A stretch of DNA of 64,000 bases from an uncultured bacterium (lineage in GTDB: Bacteria > Zixibacteria > MSB-5A5 > CAIYYT01), in the NCBI GenBank assembly GCA_963726455.1, contig CAVSCK010000003.1:32001-96000 (forward strand), in the 5' to 3' direction. Both the position numbers and the translations under genes were made by a program. The notes under the pieces are model-generated. The model worked only from the letters and a program-made list of their open reading frames with translations, was not told where the DNA came from and did not search any database. Shown piece after piece: positions 61,097 to 64,000 of the stretch; the stretch's first letter is position 1; each line of letters starts with the position of its first letter.

Positions 61097-62017
61097 TCAG
61101 GCGCCACTCCCCTGCCCTTGCAGTATGGATGCGGCCGTCGTGAATTTGAAACCACGCGCGAAGTGCTTCAGGCGATTGTCGCCATGAGAAATGTGGTAGT
61201 AGTGGCGGAAACGCCTCGCAGCAGTCATTCCGCCGATCCGGGGAGCCAGTGGTCCGATTTCGTAGGGATGCATGTAGAGCATGCAGGATTGCCTTCGTCG
61301 GCCCGCCCGTTTCAGGAGATAACGCGTGAGCCAGATTGGATAAAGCCGCATATAACCACCACCGCCAAAAGGTATGCGTTTGCCAAGGCAACGGAAAGTG
61401 GAAATCGGAAATTCGTAAAGACCATTGGGAAGCCGGTGAATCGCCGGGGAAATCCCGCTGATTCCGTAAACGTCATGGATGTCGGTCGGAACCAGCGAGG
61501 AATCGTACGTGAACCCGGCTTCGAGGAGAGTGTCAAGCGCCCAACGATTGTCTTCGCGAATGGAAAAATCAGGGGCGCGGAAACCGATTACTCGCTGTCC
61601 GGAGATGTCTTCGAGCAGCTTCTTGGAGCGCAAAACATCCTGCCTGAACTCAGCGGCGGACTGATTGAATATGCGCTTGTGCTGGAAACTGTGCGATGCG
61701 AGTTCGTGGCCGTGGTCGGCTATTTGTCTAATGACGTTGGGTAGATGCTCAGCAATGCGCCCGAGAACGAAGAAAGTTGCCTTGACGCCCAACGAGTCGA
61801 ACAGAGCGAGCGTCGTTTCCATATTGCCGGTTATTTCGCGATCCTCTGCGTCCGAATCGAAGTACTTTGGCGGAATCGGGAAGCTTTCTACCATGCTTTC
61901 GACAAACCCCTCGACGTCGATCGACAGACAGTGAGCAACAGTTTGACTTGCGCCAGGTAATGACACTGAATGGTTATCCACGCAAATTGCCCACGGTGCA
62001 ACGGAGCGTCCAGACAC
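61097..62017 (-). CDS. Polysaccharide deacetylase, XrtA/PEP-CTERM-type with DUF3473-like C-terminus (start uncertain)
   Basis: SIDVE, ATFFVLG, HELASH, GFRAPDFS, YDSS, GGGYMRLYP and YMHPYE. Confidence 0.88.
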   Translation of the reverse strand: MSGRSVAPWAICVDNHSVSLPGASQTVAHCLSIDVEGFVESMVESFPIPPKYFDSDAEDREITGNMETTLALFDSLGVKATFFVLGRIAEHLPNVIRQIADHGHELASHSFQHKRIFNQSAAEFRQDVLRSKKLLEDISGQRVIGFRAPDFSIREDNRWALDTLLEAGFTYDSSLVPTDIHDVYGISGISPAIHRLPNGLYEFPISTFRCLGKRIPFGGGGYMRLYPIWLTRYLLKRAGRRRQSCMLYMHPYEIGPLAPRIGGMTAARRFRHYYHISHGDNRLKHFARGFKFTTAASILQGQGSGA

Positions 62018-62033
62018 GGAGACTGCGACACAT

Positions 62034-63707
62034 CTAGGTATTGATGAACCACTCGTTCGCCAGCCGTTCGGTGGCCTGGATGATTTCGCGGTCGCGTTCG
62101 TTGAAGGCGCCGCGCTCGATCAGCCCCTGAATGGCTTTGTGCAGGAGGATCATCTTGTCGCGAACGGGAATCAGCACCGGGTAGTATTCGCAGTTGAAGA
62201 AGATCTGGAAGCGACGGCGAAGTTTCTCGTCCTGCAGCATATTCGCGATACATTTTTCAAGTTCGCCCTCACAAAGCAGTTCGAGCTCTTCCTTCGGAGA
62301 GATCATCAACCGCGTGGTGTTTTCGATGCTTTCGCTGCATTTGAAGGCCATTTGCCAGCACTCGACCAAACCGAGCGAATTGACAACCAGTACGCTGACG
62401 CTGATGGTGTTGGTGGCAGCGTCGCTGCGCACACCGTACATAATCGGAACGAAGTAGTTGTCCGTGATTGCGCCAAAGGCACTGATGCCGCCGGCGAAGG
62501 GGTCATCGATGATGTCGTAAATGGTGAAGTAGGGTTTGCGCTCAAAACGAGCGTCCTGAATCATCATCAATTCCTCTTCCGAGAAATGGAACCGCTCGTT
62601 CCAGAGATCTTCCGGACTGAGATCTTTGCGAGTCAACGAAGACTGGCTGGTCAACATGCCAATGGCCTGGCCGCCACGCCAGACAAGAGGCAGAACACCG
62701 ACAGCCCATTCGGCGGAACCGCCGATTTCGCCGATCATCGAATGCAGGCCGCGGCCATCCGGGAAGGCGAGGCCTTCGAGGCCGAGAATCACGGCGGGCA
62801 ACAGGTCGCCGTCTTTGTCGAATGGCGTAAAGATGCCTGCCTTGTTAAGAGCATCCATTGCTGGATAGTGGCGCGCACGATCGAGAAAGTAGGTGCTGAG
62901 CTTGTCGACGCTCGGCAAGCCGTAGGCATACGAGATAATTTCGGCAGCTTCGGTGACACTAGTTTCGCCGGGATTGAATTCGTCGAAAGCGACGCCGGAT
63001 AGCCAGCGCTGGACGTAAATATCGGGCAGATGGCGTTTGACATTGGCTTCGGTCAGGAAGAGCGCGGTCAGACTGGAATGGGTGCCTTTGATGGACTTGC
63101 CGGTTCCGTCGATTACATCGTTACCCATCGATAGCAAAGTCACGTTCTTGGGCGTACGGAGGCCGTAGAGCGCGAGGTGTTCCTCTTTGCCAAATGCGGC
63201 GCCGACGCCGATCGTGGGATTACCACCCGCCTCGAGCCCCGGCTTAATGCGGACGCCTTCGGTGATGCGGGATTCGATCAGTACCTCTTCCCCAATCAAC
63301 AGGGATTCGGCGGTAGTCTGCAGGACTTCGGCCATAACCTGCGCGGCGGTGCGATCGTTGGCGCGTTTGAGATTGTTCTGAATTTCGGTTGTGACTTTAT
63401 CCTTGGGGACGTCGTTGAGACTTCCGCGGCCGTGGAGCCCGACGGCGATGGCTGACAGCGCCGCCGACAGGACGACCGACTGCCGAACCTTACGATTGCG
63501 CAGTGCGCCCAGGTTGGATTTGGCGTTGATGCGGTCTGACAAGGTAACGATTCTGCAGGATTCGAGCAGGATGTCGTAATTTCTGAGCACTGCGTGGTGT
63601 CTATGATTAAACTCGAGAATACGGTCTTTGTCGAAAGTAAGTTCCTTTTGCTTCCCGTGATAGGAGAGCCGTTGATCCGCCACGTTGGCTCGCAAGTTAT
63701 TCGGCAT
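62034..63707 (-). CDS. Divergent, extended class II fructose-1,6-bisphosphatase-like (GlpX-like) protein
   Basis: ANDRTAA, DVIDGT, LDRARH, DGD, IGGSAE and GAITD resemble GlpX motifs. At 557 aa it is longer than typical GlpX. Confidence 0.55.
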   Translation of the reverse strand: MPNNLRANVADQRLSYHGKQKELTFDKDRILEFNHRHHAVLRNYDILLESCRIVTLSDRINAKSNLGALRNRKVRQSVVLSAALSAIAVGLHGRGSLNDVPKDKVTTEIQNNLKRANDRTAAQVMAEVLQTTAESLLIGEEVLIESRITEGVRIKPGLEAGGNPTIGVGAAFGKEEHLALYGLRTPKNVTLLSMGNDVIDGTGKSIKGTHSSLTALFLTEANVKRHLPDIYVQRWLSGVAFDEFNPGETSVTEAAEIISYAYGLPSVDKLSTYFLDRARHYPAMDALNKAGIFTPFDKDGDLLPAVILGLEGLAFPDGRGLHSMIGEIGGSAEWAVGVLPLVWRGGQAIGMLTSQSSLTRKDLSPEDLWNERFHFSEEELMMIQDARFERKPYFTIYDIIDDPFAGGISAFGAITDNYFVPIMYGVRSDAATNTISVSVLVVNSLGLVECWQMAFKCSESIENTTRLMISPKEELELLCEGELEKCIANMLQDEKLRRRFQIFFNCEYYPVLIPVRDKMILLHKAIQGLIERGAFNERDREIIQATERLANEWFINT

Positions 63708-63883
63708 CGCGCACCTTCCTATTTCAGCCTGATTTCCACAACCATTAACAATGATCCAGAGTCATCTCAGGCCGCATTATAAACTTATCGAGGAAATTCT
63801 CAAGTAATAAGTTGAGTTGGGAATTCCGGCGGGATTGCTTCGTCGCTCCCTCTCTTCTCTCTCCGACCCCTGCGGCAAGGCAC

Positions 63884-63920
63884 AAATGCAAACCGGGAGC
63901 TGCTTGGTAACAGCTCCCGG
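63884..63920 (-). terminator. Intrinsic terminator
   Basis: CCGGGAGCTG-N8-CAGCTCCCGG hairpin, then TTTGCATTT on the minus strand. Confidence 0.7.
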
Positions 63921-63963
63921 TATCCGCGTTAGGTTGCAAAGGACGCGGAGTTGGGGGTATTCT

Positions 63964-64000
63964 CTACTTACAGGTTCCGCACGGTGCGAGTCCGCCGCCG
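63964..64000 (-). CDS. 3' end of a probable dockerin-like domain protein (truncated by window edge)
   Basis: Reads GGGLAPCGTCK*, resembling the AGGASPHC tails of the dockerin proteins, and is followed by a terminator. Confidence 0.45.
   Translation of the reverse strand, partial: GGGLAPCGTCK

Noticed and set aside
63884-64000. Paired hairpins at the window end as a riboswitch or tmRNA piece
   Set aside because: They are better explained as the terminator of a minus-strand CDS ending at 63964, and no tRNA-like or aptamer consensus is present.

Overview
GC-rich bacterial chromosome segment, most likely candidate division Zixibacteria or a related FCB-group lineage (inferred from Cys-flanked dockerin-like repeats and FlgD/T9SS-like C-terminal domains, not tested). 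About 15 genes, including housekeeping-type ones, are split by single-base frameshifts, which suggests unpolished long-read errors rather than real decay. The first 22 kb encodes secreted and surface proteins: DUF3857/transglutaminase proteins, two tandem Omp28/thioredoxin-like + PKD + dockerin paralogs, a Cys-rich cohesin+dockerin protein of about 1,400 aa, beta-barrels, and a putative glycoside hydrolase with FN3 repeats, plus a Cas4/AddB-like nuclease and a UbiB kinase. From 22.6 to 51 kb, and again at 59-62 kb, is a large exopolysaccharide/glycosylation region with REP-like palindrome arrays. From 51 to 59 kb lie rdgB, murI, an amidase, smpB, a TonB-dependent receptor, an NHL lipoprotein and tRNA-Leu(CAG). 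The top finding is hidden from the ORF track: one thioredoxin-like dockerin paralog has an in-frame TGA exactly at the first Cys of its paralog's CxxC motif (UTSC vs CQYC), followed by a SECIS-like hairpin, making it a candidate secreted dockerin-bearing selenoprotein next to a cohesin scaffold. Also notable are a candidate structured ncRNA of about 280 nt, a 6x25-bp array behind the nuclease and a 21-bp array of about 10 units.
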